A program made the position numbers and the translations under genes. From Waddliaceae bacterium (GTDB taxonomy: Bacteria > Chlamydiota > Chlamydiia > Chlamydiales > Waddliaceae): a stretch of DNA of 64,000 bases. Where the stretch lies: the NCBI GenBank assembly GCA_963724325.1, contig CAVRUH010000001.1, positions 576,001 to 640,000 on the forward strand, given 5' to 3'. Below, piece after piece: positions 29,601 through 39,053 of this stretch (positions are counted from its first letter, which is position 1; the number at the start of each line of letters is the position of its first letter). The notes under the pieces are model-generated. The model was given only the letters and a program-made list of their open reading frames with translations. It had not been told where the DNA came from and made no database searches.

Positions 29601-29749
29601 AGAGTTGTAATGACGCAGCTTTTGACAGAAAAATCTGGGTCTTCTAGCTGCCCAAGTGACATAAATGAGATGACTCCCAAAACAATAATCATGACCAATA
29701 CAAAATAGCTAAATATTTTGTTTTTGAAAGTGTATTCAGTAATATTCAT
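26594..29749 (-). CDS. RND efflux transporter permease subunit (AcrB/AcrD/AcrF family)
   Basis: 1051 aa, YPGASPEEVE, ALGMMVDNAIVV, IKNAVVL, SRLRPVLL. Confidence 0.95.
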   Translation of the reverse strand: MNITEYTFKNKIFSYFVLVMIIVLGVISFMSLGQLEDPDFSVKSCVITTLYPGASPEEVELEVTDRIEQAIQEMPQVNHIHSYSRAGVSTVKIDIKQNYWAKELPQVWDDVRKKVKNITPQLPPGVQEPIVGDDFNFVYGFVLAVTGEGYSYRELESISKAIKKELSLVTGVSRVEFWGIQDRAIFIDISEQQLAQSGINPKNFQSTLNSQNLVVDAGYVDVQSNRIRIAPTGEFRSVNEIGDLYLHPTNKPTPQQVDFSTAQTARPTEISGSTPSPELIRIKDVSTVVDGYQIPPKTLFRFNQSPAIAIALANVAGGNIVDTGKAIEKRLQEIMGGIPVGIEVRKVAWQSDEVSKSVNDFLINLIEAVLIVLIVLAITMGFRMGIIIGSCLILTIFSVFILMKMAGIDLHRISLGALIIALGMMVDNAIVVADGIMVRLNQGMDRMKACIESATLPLMPLLGATIVASMAFYPIYGSKSDTGEYAGSLFVVVGMSLLMSWLIAITLTPLQCYDMLPNPKKEDTGSDQYNTRFFNTYRRLLEISIRFRWSFLICMVGLLIFSFIGFGSVKKMFFPESSRPQLMVDFWYPQGTKIQQVSQDIQPTESFLKDYDGVTAVSSFIGAGPPRFYLPVEPEMQYPNYAQIIVNFDDFRKINPLIEKLQPWLNKRYPDALTRIRKYAVGPGNAWKFEWHISGPAEASLAVLRGLGDQGADILLASPLAKDVKTVMMNQVPKIVPEYDQINGRWLGVQREAIASATSRIHDGERIGIYRERDQIIPIFLRSTEEQRKKASLLEMVQVQPSASNYSVPLTQVAKKITTEWEDPIIFRWDRRRANTVQGEPNGTTYPDLKDHVIEQFNQLKLPPYYEIYKKGEDQSTRDSRDNLLPGLLPAGVIMITILVALFNSIRTPLIIVFTIPFVVIGITWSLLLFNTPFGFMALLGGMSLSGMMIKNAVVLLDQIEVETSGGNEPYQAVMIASISRLRPVLLGAVTTVFGVAPLIIDVFWKSMTITIMGGLTFGTILTMFLVPVLYCILYKVNPQKKYESNGGQLV

Positions 29750-29763
29750 CCGTTATTTCTCAT

Positions 29764-30804
29764 TTACAAAATTTTAACTTTTTGTCCCTCTTGAATATGG
29801 TATACACCGGCTGTAACTATTGATTCTCCAGCATTAAGACCCGTCACCCAAATTCCTTGTGGAGTTGTTTTCACTATTTTCACTTGTCGTTTTTGAACGG
29901 TCATTGATTTCTCTTCGATTACCCAGACGTAATTTTTCTCGGGATCCACCACCGTAAAAACTGATGAAACAGGAACTGTAAAAGAGGGATTAAGGGTCTG
30001 AGCTTTTGCACTGAAGGTAGCCCCGATTGTTGTTGTGGTCATTCCAGGAAGAATTGTAATATCTTTAGGCTGATCAAATATCAATGTCATAGGATATGTC
30101 CGTGTAGCTGCCGTCGCTTCAGTTCCAATATTTTTGACTCTAGCCTTGATTACATCATTTGGAAATGAATCAAACAATAGATCGACCTCCTCTACATAGG
30201 GTGCATAGGGAATCATCGTTTCAGGGATGCTCAGCGTAACTTCAATTTTTGATATATCCAAAAGTCGAAGAATTATTTCGTTTGCTATAACTCTTTGATA
30301 AGCCTCCTTATAGGTCCAAGAGATTACACCATTAAAAGGTGCCCTTAACTGAGTATCTTCCAAAGCCTTAACTTTTATCTCCAGATTGGCCTTACTCGAA
30401 GCTTGTCGCGCAATGGCGTCAGAAAGATCTTGCTTAGCAACTGCATTGTAGATCAAAGCTTCTACAATTCTCTCGTAGTGTGCTTTTGAACGTTCATATT
30501 CGGCTTGAGCAGAATCTACACTGCTTTGAAAATCCCGAGGATCCAACCACGCTAGAATTTCGCCAGTCTTGACATTGTCTCCTTTGCTAACCGGACGGCC
30601 AATCATAGTACCCGCAACCGGAAAACCCAAGTTGAGCTCTTGAGTGGCCTCCGCTCTTCCACTAAAATTATTGAGAATAACTTTTGAGGACTCTTCAATT
30701 TTCATTGATTTGACAGGTCTAGTGGTTTCCTGAGCAGGTTCTTTTTTTTCGCAACCTGAGAGGGCGAGCAAACCCAATAAGCAATAGAAATAAAAATGTT
30801 TCAT
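29764..30804 (-). CDS. RND efflux periplasmic adaptor (MFP) lipoprotein
   Basis: Lipobox LSGC, LRAPFNG, ILPGM, GLNAGESIVTAG. Confidence 0.92.
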   Translation of the reverse strand: MKHFYFYCLLGLLALSGCEKKEPAQETTRPVKSMKIEESSKVILNNFSGRAEATQELNLGFPVAGTMIGRPVSKGDNVKTGEILAWLDPRDFQSSVDSAQAEYERSKAHYERIVEALIYNAVAKQDLSDAIARQASSKANLEIKVKALEDTQLRAPFNGVISWTYKEAYQRVIANEIILRLLDISKIEVTLSIPETMIPYAPYVEEVDLLFDSFPNDVIKARVKNIGTEATAATRTYPMTLIFDQPKDITILPGMTTTTIGATFSAKAQTLNPSFTVPVSSVFTVVDPEKNYVWVIEEKSMTVQKRQVKIVKTTPQGIWVTGLNAGESIVTAGVYHIQEGQKVKIL

Positions 30805-32207
30805 TCTAAATTCCAACCTCCACCAAGAGCTTTATAAATTTGGATCAGATTCTGAACGACGAGTCCCTCACTTTCAATAAGAAGTTCTTGTCGATCAAAA
30901 AGAGATTCTTGCATGAACAACACCACAAAAAAGCTGACTAATCCGACCCGATACTGATAATCAACGAGGTCGACCGATTTTTGAGCTGCCGCAACAGATT
31001 CACGAAGCAATTCTCGTCTTTCCATTTCTTTTACATACGCAGTCATTGCAGTCTCCACTTCTTCTACAGCGACTAAAACTGTTTGTTCATACTGATACTT
31101 TGCCTGCCATGCTATAGCAACTTGTGCCTCAATCTCACTCTGAATCCTACCGCCGTCATATAAATTCCAAATAAAATTTATCCCATATGCCCACATTTTC
31201 TTTGACTGTTCAAAAATGTCTGACTGACCTAAAACTCCCAACATTCCTGTTAAATTGAATTGAGGATACAGGTCTGCGACTGCTGCTCCAATGAGATAAA
31301 ATTGTGCCGCGTAATTTCTTTCCGCAGCCCTTATGTCAGGCCTTTGGCGCAAGAGATTGGCCGGGAGGCTTACTGGTATCGTTTGAAAAAACTCAGGTAT
31401 ATTTTGAGTATTAAGGAATTCCTCATGCAGCGGGCCAGGAAACTCTCCGATTAAAACCGCAAGACTGTTGATCGCTGCAGTTAAAAGGGCTTCGTATCCT
31501 GGAATAGTGGATTCTGTTAACGATAAATTTAACTGCGCCTGAAATACATCCATTTCCGATGTTAATTCCGCATTAAATTTGGCGCTTGCTACATTGAGAG
31601 ATTGCCTTTGATTGTCAGCATTTAACTTGGCATTTTGAATTTGGAGTTGTAAAGCGCGAATGCTATAGTAGGTCCCTGCAACTTCCGCATAAAGCGAAAC
31701 GAGAGCATCTCGATAATCTTCAATAGTCGCCTCCCAGTTTGCTTTAGCTGAATCAACTTCGTTGGCGATCTTACCCCAGAAGTCAATCTCCCAAGATGCA
31801 TCTAGAAAGGATAAACTTAAACGATTGTATGGATTGTTGCCGTTAATGGTAGGGATAGGGAATCCCTGCGAGGCTCGAATTTTCTGGAACGATCCTAAAG
31901 CATTGACATCTGGATAATACTGGGACCTTACTATCTGAATAACTGCTCGTGCTTCAACAATTCGCGCATAGGCCTGCTTCAGAGTGATATTATAGAAGTC
32001 CGCTCTTTGGATTAAATCCGACAGATGTGGGTCCTTAAAGGTATTCCACCAGTCCTCAAGAGGGGGAGCGCTGTCGTCAAAATCATCATTCAATGCCTGG
32101 TGCCACGAATCGGGCATGTTTGTATCTGGAGTATAATATTTCGGACCCACCCGAAAGCAACTTGTGGTGAGAATTAATAGTAATGCGATGAGACAAAAGG
32201 TTTTCAT
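30801..32207 (-). CDS. Outer membrane efflux lipoprotein (NodT/OprM family)
   Basis: Lipobox TTSC, WWNTFKDPHL, ASWEIDFWG, LLRQRPDIRAAE, IYKALGGGW. Confidence 0.93.
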   Translation of the reverse strand: MKTFCLIALLLILTTSCFRVGPKYYTPDTNMPDSWHQALNDDFDDSAPPLEDWWNTFKDPHLSDLIQRADFYNITLKQAYARIVEARAVIQIVRSQYYPDVNALGSFQKIRASQGFPIPTINGNNPYNRLSLSFLDASWEIDFWGKIANEVDSAKANWEATIEDYRDALVSLYAEVAGTYYSIRALQLQIQNAKLNADNQRQSLNVASAKFNAELTSEMDVFQAQLNLSLTESTIPGYEALLTAAINSLAVLIGEFPGPLHEEFLNTQNIPEFFQTIPVSLPANLLRQRPDIRAAERNYAAQFYLIGAAVADLYPQFNLTGMLGVLGQSDIFEQSKKMWAYGINFIWNLYDGGRIQSEIEAQVAIAWQAKYQYEQTVLVAVEEVETAMTAYVKEMERRELLRESVAAAQKSVDLVDYQYRVGLVSFFVVLFMQESLFDRQELLIESEGLVVQNLIQIYKALGGGWNLE

Positions 32208-32440
32208 GTGGTTTCGCGTTAATTTTAATCCACATATATTGAATCAACTGCGAAACGTCAAGTAATATTTTTTTTAAAAGTGCCTGGCAAAACAGGCTGC
32301 TATCGTTTTTTATACTTTGTCCCTTTGCCTCTACCCATTTTCTGTAGAGCCGCTTAAAATCTTCTGGGATTTCAAGATAAAAAAATCCCATTTGAACCGC
32401 TTTCTCCAATTTATTATTGAGTGTATCCACGATTGAACTG

Positions 32441-32827
32441 CTAGTAATCCGAGATCATTGTCACAAGCTTTGAATAATTTTTTAAGGTCTCGTCAGCCGT
32501 TAAAAAAGTAAGGGGTTCAGTGACCGCCTGCGCAAGTAATATACGATCGAATGGATCACGATGGTGATCTGGAAGGTGACCAACAGCGGCAGCATGCTCA
32601 GCCATTATGGGTAATTCTAAAAATCCACTGGCTGGGATTGCCCTCAATAATTCATCAATTTTAACATCCAGTTTTCCAAGCTTTACTTTGATTGTAGCCT
32701 CCCAAATAGAGGCGCTTGAAACATACACTTCAGTTGCATTTTGGATCATGAATCTTGATTTTGCAGACAGTTTTCGATCTGTTTTTGTATACCAAAGGAA
32801 AACATGAGTATCTAAAAGTATTCTCAT
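32441..32827 (-). CDS. vapC: Type II toxin, VapC/PIN domain
   Basis: ILLDTHVFLW, SSASIWE, HHRDPFDRILLAQA; 4-bp overlap with the antitoxin. Confidence 0.92.
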   Translation of the reverse strand: MRILLDTHVFLWYTKTDRKLSAKSRFMIQNATEVYVSSASIWEATIKVKLGKLDVKIDELLRAIPASGFLELPIMAEHAAAVGHLPDHHRDPFDRILLAQAVTEPLTFLTADETLKNYSKLVTMISDY

Positions 32828-33063
32828 GAGCATCCCTCGAAAGATTCTAAAATATCATTGGGCAACGGGGCATCGAAATCATCAGCGATTTTGATTTTGC
32901 CTTTAAGGACCCCTAATCTGCGTTTTGGTTTTCCTTTATTAAAGGGAACAAGTTTCGCGACAGGTGTGCCTGCTTTGGCAATAATAGTTTCTTCGCCATT
33001 CATGGCGGACTCAACAAGCTTTGAAAAGTGCGTTTTTGCTTCATGAATGTTAACTGTATGCAT
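32824..33063 (-). CDS. Type II antitoxin, Phd/YefM family
   Basis: VNIHEAKTHFSKLVE, IIAKAGTPVAKLVP, DDFDAPLP; GACTAA/TTAGTC palindrome upstream (33083-33096). Confidence 0.92.
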   Translation of the reverse strand: MHTVNIHEAKTHFSKLVESAMNGEETIIAKAGTPVAKLVPFNKGKPKRRLGVLKGKIKIADDFDAPLPNDILESFEGCS

Positions 33064-33213
33064 TTTATATCTCCTATATATCGACTAAGTTTAGTCTAGT
33101 CTATTTGAACAATTAATGCAAGGATAAAAAGATCACGAAATGTATGATTTTATTTAAAAATATAGTTAAACCGTGTTACAATCCTGCCATGAATTTAAAT
33201 AAAGGAGATCTAC

Positions 33214-33870
33214 ATGTTATTTAAAATTTTCATATCGTTATTTTTTCTAAATTGCTCGCAATTGCTTGCATGTCAAGTTATATATTTAAATGGTACCTCA
33301 AGTGTTGGAAAAACGACTCTTGCAAAGGCCCTTCAGAATGAACTAGAAACTCCTTATTTACTTGTGGCTATTGACAAGGTCATCGAAATGATGCCTGAAA
33401 AAGTGAATAACTGGAATGGTGGAAGTGCTGAATTGGGATTTAGCTGGAAAAAAAGTACAGATTCCCAGGGAAATCCTTTACAAATACTCCAAGAAGGTCC
33501 GTTTGCGAAGCAAATGAAACCGGCGATGCGCGAAATCACAGTTGTGCTTGCCAAAAACGACTTTCACCTCATAATAGATGACATCGCTAACGAAAAGGAC
33601 TCTTCCGTACAGTGGAAGAATGCTTTAAAGGAACATGATGTTCTTTGGGTTGGTCTGACGGCACCTATCGAGATTATCGAAAAAAGAGAAAAAGAAAGAG
33701 GTGATCGTCAAGTTGGGCAGGCAAGAGCTATTTACAACGAGGTCCATAAAGGCTATTCATATGACCTTTTTTTGGATACAAGCCAAGACTCCATGGAGGA
33801 AATGGTAAAGAAAATCAAAGCCGCCTGTCAGCAAAAAAAACGCGAACCCAACACATTAATTAAAAAATAA
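33214..33870 (+). CDS. Chloramphenicol phosphotransferase-like P-loop kinase
   Basis: IYLNGTSSVGKTTLAKALQ, LIIDD, REKERGDR..GQA, YDLFLDTS. Confidence 0.8.
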   Translation: MLFKIFISLFFLNCSQLLACQVIYLNGTSSVGKTTLAKALQNELETPYLLVAIDKVIEMMPEKVNNWNGGSAELGFSWKKSTDSQGNPLQILQEGPFAKQMKPAMREITVVLAKNDFHLIIDDIANEKDSSVQWKNALKEHDVLWVGLTAPIEIIEKREKERGDRQVGQARAIYNEVHKGYSYDLFLDTSQDSMEEMVKKIKAACQQKKREPNTLIKK

Positions 33871-33924
33871 TTTTTAATTCTATGAGGGCGAGACCCGTTA
33901 TGAATAATTTTGCCCAGAAAATCG

Positions 33925-33963
33925 TTGACTTAAACTCGAATTTCGTGGAAAATCGAGTTTAAG
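33925..33963 (+). promoter_or_regulatory. Promoter overlapped by palindromic operator-like site
   Basis: TTGACT-17 bp-GAAAAT; inverted repeat CTTAAACTCGA (33929-39) / TCGAGTTTAAG (33953-63). Confidence 0.6.
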
Positions 33964-33987
33964 GAAACAATATTCAGGGATTTTAGC

Positions 33988-35199
33988 ATGGAATTGTTAA
34001 AAAGAGCGTTAAAAGAAAAGTTGGATAGGGCTATTAAAAGGAGAAAAAGTGTTTTACTCCTAGGTCCACGTCAAACAGGAAAAACAACCCTAATCGGTGA
34101 ATATACCGCCGATCTCGAAATTACACTCTTGTTTTCCAAAATTCGCCGTCAGTATGAAGCAGATCCCGATCAACTCATCCGAGAAGTGCAAGCCTTAAAT
34201 AGTCGGAACGGAAAGACACCTCTTGTGGTTATCGACGAGGTTCAAAAAGTTCCAGCCCTCATGGATGGTGTGCAGTATTTAATTGATAAAAAACTTGGGC
34301 AGTTTATTTTAACGGGTTCTTCCGCACGGAAACTAAAACATGGAAAGCATATCAATTTATTACCAGGTCGCCTTATTCAGCTGCGATTGGATCCATTAAT
34401 AATTTCTGAGCTTAATTTGCCAATACCGAGGATTGAAGACTTTCTTTTGTATGGTTCCTTGCCTGCAATTAGAATGGAAGAAAATGATTCAGTTCGAGAG
34501 GAAGACCTTGAGTCTTACGTCGACCTATATTTAGAAGATGAAGTCAGATCGGAAGCTTTGGTTCGTGATATTGGAGCATTTGAGAATTTTCTACGTTTAG
34601 CAGCGATTGAATCAGGAAATATAGTGAACTTTGATAAGATTTCTCAAGATATAGGAGTAGCTAGAACAACCATCAGCTCTTATTATCAAATTCTTGAAGA
34701 TTGCTTGATAGTCGAACGTATTGAGCCTTATACAGAAGGTCATTCACGTAAGAGATTAGTCAAGTCGCCAAAATATTTGTTTTTTGATCTAGGATTGCGT
34801 CGTCTTGCTGCGCAAGAGCAGCCCACACTTCCTCAAAATTATTTAGGATTGCTTTTTGAACAATTTATAGGGCTGGAATTGATTAGATGGTCTCATTTAC
34901 AAGAAAATAAGATCACTGTCCATTTTTGGAGAGATACAAATGGTCCTGAGGTTGACTGGGTGTTGAAATGGAACGATTCTTTATTACCAATTGAGGTGAA
35001 ATGGACAGATACACCATCACCTAGAGATGCTAAGCATCTTTCGCTTTTTTTACGAGACTATCCACAAGCGAAGAAAGGGTTAGTTGTTTGTCGCATATCC
35101 ACCCCTCAAATACTTGGAGATGGCATAGAAGCGGTTTCCTGGCGTGACTTCATTGAAAAACTTGACTTCTGGATCAAAAATGACATATTTACTAATTAA
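33988..35199 (+). CDS. AAA_14 ATPase + DUF4143 protein
   Basis: GPRQTGKT, VIDEVQK, ILTGSS, LPGR, KYLFFDLG, EVDWV, PIEVK. Confidence 0.9.
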   Translation: MELLKRALKEKLDRAIKRRKSVLLLGPRQTGKTTLIGEYTADLEITLLFSKIRRQYEADPDQLIREVQALNSRNGKTPLVVIDEVQKVPALMDGVQYLIDKKLGQFILTGSSARKLKHGKHINLLPGRLIQLRLDPLIISELNLPIPRIEDFLLYGSLPAIRMEENDSVREEDLESYVDLYLEDEVRSEALVRDIGAFENFLRLAAIESGNIVNFDKISQDIGVARTTISSYYQILEDCLIVERIEPYTEGHSRKRLVKSPKYLFFDLGLRRLAAQEQPTLPQNYLGLLFEQFIGLELIRWSHLQENKITVHFWRDTNGPEVDWVLKWNDSLLPIEVKWTDTPSPRDAKHLSLFLRDYPQAKKGLVVCRISTPQILGDGIEAVSWRDFIEKLDFWIKNDIFTN

Positions 35200-36565
35200 T
35201 GAGTGCATCGACGGCTTGTTCGACAAGGTCGACGCCGATGATTTGGATTTTCTTGGCGACATCGTCGGGGATGCCTTTAACGTTTCTTTTGGGGACGATG
35301 CACTTTTTGAATCCCATGTGAATGGATTCTTTGATTCGACTTTCAATTCTAACTACTGAGCGGATTTCACCTCCTAGGCCTACTTCGCCAACGACGGCAG
35401 TTTGGGGATCCATTTTTTTGTTAAGCATTGAGGAAGCGACCGCTAGGAGGACTCCAAGATCGACTCCGGGTTCTGTAATTTTCATTCCGCCTGCAATGGA
35501 GACAAATACGTCGCACAGAAAGAGTTTGTATCCCATCCGCTTTTCTAGAACAGCGAGTAGAAGAGCAAGCCTATTTTGATCAAGTCCGGCACATCGTCTG
35601 GAAGGTGTTGGAAAGACGGTGTTTGTAACAAGAGCTTGTGTTTCAATTAATATAGAACGGGATCCTTCAATTGTTGGGACTATGACTGAGCCAATCATAT
35701 TTTTCGTTCTCTCTTCCAAAAATATCTGAGAAGGATTCGGCACCTCAGCAAGGCCATCGTGACGCATTTGAAAAACGGCAATCTCATCGGTGGGGCCGAA
35801 TCGATTTTTCACCACTCGAATCATCCGGTAGTTGTATTGCCTGTCCCCTTCAAAGTATAGAACTGTGTCGACAAGGTGCTCCAGAACTCGCGGTCCGGCG
35901 ATTTCTCCGGACTTTGTCACGTGTCCAATAAGAAAAGTGGCAATTCCATAGCCTTTGGCGATGTGCATGAATTCTGTGGTGCATTCTCGAACTTGTGTGA
36001 CAGAGCCTGGGGAGGAAGTAACTTCGCTTTTGTATACAATTTGAATCGAATCGACGATGAGTATATCGGGCTTTACAGCATCTACATGGGCTTTGATGTG
36101 ATTAAAGTTCGTTTCATTTAACAATAGGAGGTTATCGGTTTCGATATTTAATCTTTTGGCACGCATAGAAGTTTGTTCGACGGACTCTTCTCCGCAGACA
36201 TATAGGACGACGAGTCCTTGTTTTGCGAGTGAACGGGAAAGTTGTAGCAACAGAGTCGATTTACCAATTCCGGGGTCTCCGCCAATTAAGGTTAGGGAGC
36301 CAGGAACTATGCCTCCACCAAAAAGGCGATCGCATTCATTGACATTGGTCAATATTCTTTTGACATCATTTTGTGAAATCTCTTTCAGACGGAGCGGGCG
36401 ACTTTTTTCTGTAGTTTGAGCCGAAAATCTATTGACCGTTCCGACGACCTCAACCTCTTCGTGGAAGGTATTCCATTGGGTACACGACGGGCATTGACCG
36501 ATCCATTTCATTTGCTTGTGGCCGCATTGGGAACAGTACCAGACGTTTTTTTGTTTGACGCTCAT
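35192..36565 (-). CDS. radA: DNA repair protein RadA/Sms
   Basis: C4 zinc finger CSQCG..CPSC, GGDPGIGKST, KNRFG, Lon-like C-terminus. Confidence 0.97.
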   Translation of the reverse strand: MSVKQKNVWYCSQCGHKQMKWIGQCPSCTQWNTFHEEVEVVGTVNRFSAQTTEKSRPLRLKEISQNDVKRILTNVNECDRLFGGGIVPGSLTLIGGDPGIGKSTLLLQLSRSLAKQGLVVLYVCGEESVEQTSMRAKRLNIETDNLLLLNETNFNHIKAHVDAVKPDILIVDSIQIVYKSEVTSSPGSVTQVRECTTEFMHIAKGYGIATFLIGHVTKSGEIAGPRVLEHLVDTVLYFEGDRQYNYRMIRVVKNRFGPTDEIAVFQMRHDGLAEVPNPSQIFLEERTKNMIGSVIVPTIEGSRSILIETQALVTNTVFPTPSRRCAGLDQNRLALLLAVLEKRMGYKLFLCDVFVSIAGGMKITEPGVDLGVLLAVASSMLNKKMDPQTAVVGEVGLGGEIRSVVRIESRIKESIHMGFKKCIVPKRNVKGIPDDVAKKIQIIGVDLVEQAVDALIN

Positions 36566-36567
36566 AA

Positions 36568-37281
36568 TTATTGGCTTTGTGGATTAATTTTTTTGATGGC
36601 ATCCAAAGCTGCAGCTTGCTGCGCTTCTTTTTTGGAGGGACCTATCCCTAAACCTAGCTCGTTATTATTTACTTCAACAGATATTGAAAAAGTTTTGCTG
36701 TGATCCGGCCCTGTTTCACTCAATACCTTATATTGGGGCGTTTGTTGGAAAGTCCTTTGACAGTAGTCCTGGAGCATTGCTTTCCAATTTTGAATAGGAG
36801 TTTTCAGGATTTCCTTAATGTTGTCTGTAAAATGCCTAAAAATAAATTCTCGGGTTGCTTCAAATCCTCCATCAGTATAAATGGCGCCGATAATTGCCTC
36901 GAAAAGATCAGCTAAAATCGACTCGCGACCCCTTCCGCTATTTAAGCGCTCTCCTTTGCCAAGTAAAATATATTCCTCAACATTCAGCTTGCATATGTAT
37001 TCCATGCAAGAACTTGCTTCGACTAGGCGCGAGCGTAAGTACGAGAGGTCTCCCTCGGGTGTCGAGGGAAGATTTGTGAACAAATAATCGGCCATTAAGA
37101 GTCCTAACACCGAGTCTCCAAGGAACTCTAGTCGTTCGTTATTTTCTTCAACGTCTTTATTTTCATTAACGTATGAACGGTGGACAAAAGCTGTGGTCAA
37201 AAGGGAGCGGTCCAGAAAAGCGTATCCGATCTTCTCTTCGATTTCCGGAATATGTCGCATTAGATATTCAAATGTGTTCAT
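36568..37281 (-). CDS. rnc: Ribonuclease III
   Basis: NERLEFLGDSVL signature; dsRBD GPDHSKTF...SKKEAQQAAA. Confidence 0.97.
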   Translation of the reverse strand: MNTFEYLMRHIPEIEEKIGYAFLDRSLLTTAFVHRSYVNENKDVEENNERLEFLGDSVLGLLMADYLFTNLPSTPEGDLSYLRSRLVEASSCMEYICKLNVEEYILLGKGERLNSGRGRESILADLFEAIIGAIYTDGGFEATREFIFRHFTDNIKEILKTPIQNWKAMLQDYCQRTFQQTPQYKVLSETGPDHSKTFSISVEVNNNELGLGIGPSKKEAQQAAALDAIKKINPQSQ

Positions 37282-37285
37282 GTCT

Positions 37286-39025
37286 TTACATACGTTCAAC
37301 GGTTTCAACGCCCAACAAATGGAGCCCCTGTTTCATTGTGCGGGCAACCAGCTCACAGAGAAGGAGTCTGGAATCTTCTTCCGGCGTTCCTTCTACTTGA
37401 CAATCACGATAGAATGCATTGAATTTCTCGGCAAGATTATAAAGATATTCTGTCAATCTATTGGGCAATAATTCTTCGGCAACTTGTCCTAATGCTTCGC
37501 AAAATCTTGCCAAATGGAGTCCAAGTGCAATTTCTGAAGGGTGGGTAAGGTTGATTTGGCTCCTTTTCTTAACGACGTCGATGTCTGCTCCAATTTTTCG
37601 TTTGATTCCAGCCACACGTACGTATGAGTACATTAAATATGAAGCGGTATTTCCTTCAAAGCGGAGCATGCGATCATAGCTAAATGTGTAATCACCGGTT
37701 CTGTGTCCTGATAAATCGGCATATTTTACAGCCCCAAGTCCTAATGCAGTTGCAATTTTTTCACGCTCGGCAGCAGGCATGTCTGGATTGCGCTCGGCCA
37801 TAATAGATTTTGCCTTTTCAATAGCATTGTAGAGGAGGTCAACGAGCTTTTCTACTTCGCCAGCTCGGGTACGGAACTTTTTACCATCGGCTCCTAAAAC
37901 TAGACCGAAGGGAACATGGTCGAATCGAACTTTTTTGGGATCGATATAACCTGCTTTTTCCGAGGCAGCCGCAATCATGGCAAAGTGAGTGCTTTGTCCG
38001 GCATCTGTGACGATGATAATTCTGTCGACCTTTTCAACTTCCACACGGTGCCTCATAGCAGCCATATCTGTAGTGTCGTATCCAAACCCGCCATCCGACT
38101 TCTGCAGCATGAGAGGGAGGGGTTCGCCTTCTCTATTTTTGAATCCTTCGGGAAAGATGCATTTTGCTCCGTCTGAGTTCACGATAAGCCCTTTCTTTTC
38201 TAAATCAGAGATGATGTCGTGGAGCATAGGATTGTAAAATGATTCTCCCCGTTCAATCAATCGGATATCGAGAAGATCGTAAATTTCTTGATAAGCCTTT
38301 CTGGATATATCGCAAATAATAGTCCATGCCTTTATAGATGTGGTTTCGCCGCTTTGCAATGCGACAACTTCTAATTGAGCGCGCTTTTTAAATTGTGGGT
38401 CTTCGTCGAACTTCTTCTTTGATTCCTTGTACCACTCAACGAGGTGGGAAAGATCCGTATCCGTTTCGCCTGTAAGGACCCCAGGAGCTTCCTCTTTTAA
38501 ATAAGCGATCAGCATGCCGAAGGCAGTGCCCCAGTCGCCTATGTGATTGAGTCTAAGAACGTCATAACCGAGAAATTCGAATACTCGAGCGAGTGAATCT
38601 CCGATAATTGTAGAACGCAAATGTCCAACATGCAGTTCTTTTGCTATATTAGGCGATGAGAATTCGACGATGATTTTCTGATGTTTTTCAGGTTCCTTAA
38701 TGCCGAGATGATCATCGACAGACATTTCTTGAACCATTTTTGTAATGAATTCAGGATTGATGAAGATGTTGACAAAGCCGGGGCCGGCGATTTCTAATTT
38801 TGTAATATCGCCGTTCAGCGAAACTTTTTCGACAATTTTGTTGGCGACGTCCCGAGGGTTCATCTTCAAAATCTTGCCAATTTTCATGGCACTATTAAAT
38901 TGGTAGTCGCCGAATTTTTCATGCGAGCTTTGGAAGACTTCGACAGGAACCTCTTCAAGAGTCTGAAATGCCTCTCGTGTTGCCTTTTCAAATTTGTCTG
39001 TTAGGTATTTATATATCGTTTGCAT
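37286..39025 (-). CDS. argS: Arginine--tRNA ligase
   Basis: FGDYQ, AGPGFVN, SSPNIAKELHVGHLRS, NHIGDWG, GNTASYLMY. Confidence 0.97.
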   Translation of the reverse strand: MQTIYKYLTDKFEKATREAFQTLEEVPVEVFQSSHEKFGDYQFNSAMKIGKILKMNPRDVANKIVEKVSLNGDITKLEIAGPGFVNIFINPEFITKMVQEMSVDDHLGIKEPEKHQKIIVEFSSPNIAKELHVGHLRSTIIGDSLARVFEFLGYDVLRLNHIGDWGTAFGMLIAYLKEEAPGVLTGETDTDLSHLVEWYKESKKKFDEDPQFKKRAQLEVVALQSGETTSIKAWTIICDISRKAYQEIYDLLDIRLIERGESFYNPMLHDIISDLEKKGLIVNSDGAKCIFPEGFKNREGEPLPLMLQKSDGGFGYDTTDMAAMRHRVEVEKVDRIIIVTDAGQSTHFAMIAAASEKAGYIDPKKVRFDHVPFGLVLGADGKKFRTRAGEVEKLVDLLYNAIEKAKSIMAERNPDMPAAEREKIATALGLGAVKYADLSGHRTGDYTFSYDRMLRFEGNTASYLMYSYVRVAGIKRKIGADIDVVKKRSQINLTHPSEIALGLHLARFCEALGQVAEELLPNRLTEYLYNLAEKFNAFYRDCQVEGTPEEDSRLLLCELVARTMKQGLHLLGVETVERM

Positions 39026-39053
39026 AACGTCAATTCTACCCAATTTCTCCATT

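Noticed and set aside
32086..32430. 114-aa ORF as a functional gene
   Set aside because: It overlaps the efflux gene by 122 bp and only its first ~30 codons look protein-like; probably a relic.
19943..35199. Prophage or integrative conjugative element
   Set aside because: No integrase, phage structural, relaxase or conjugation genes recognised.
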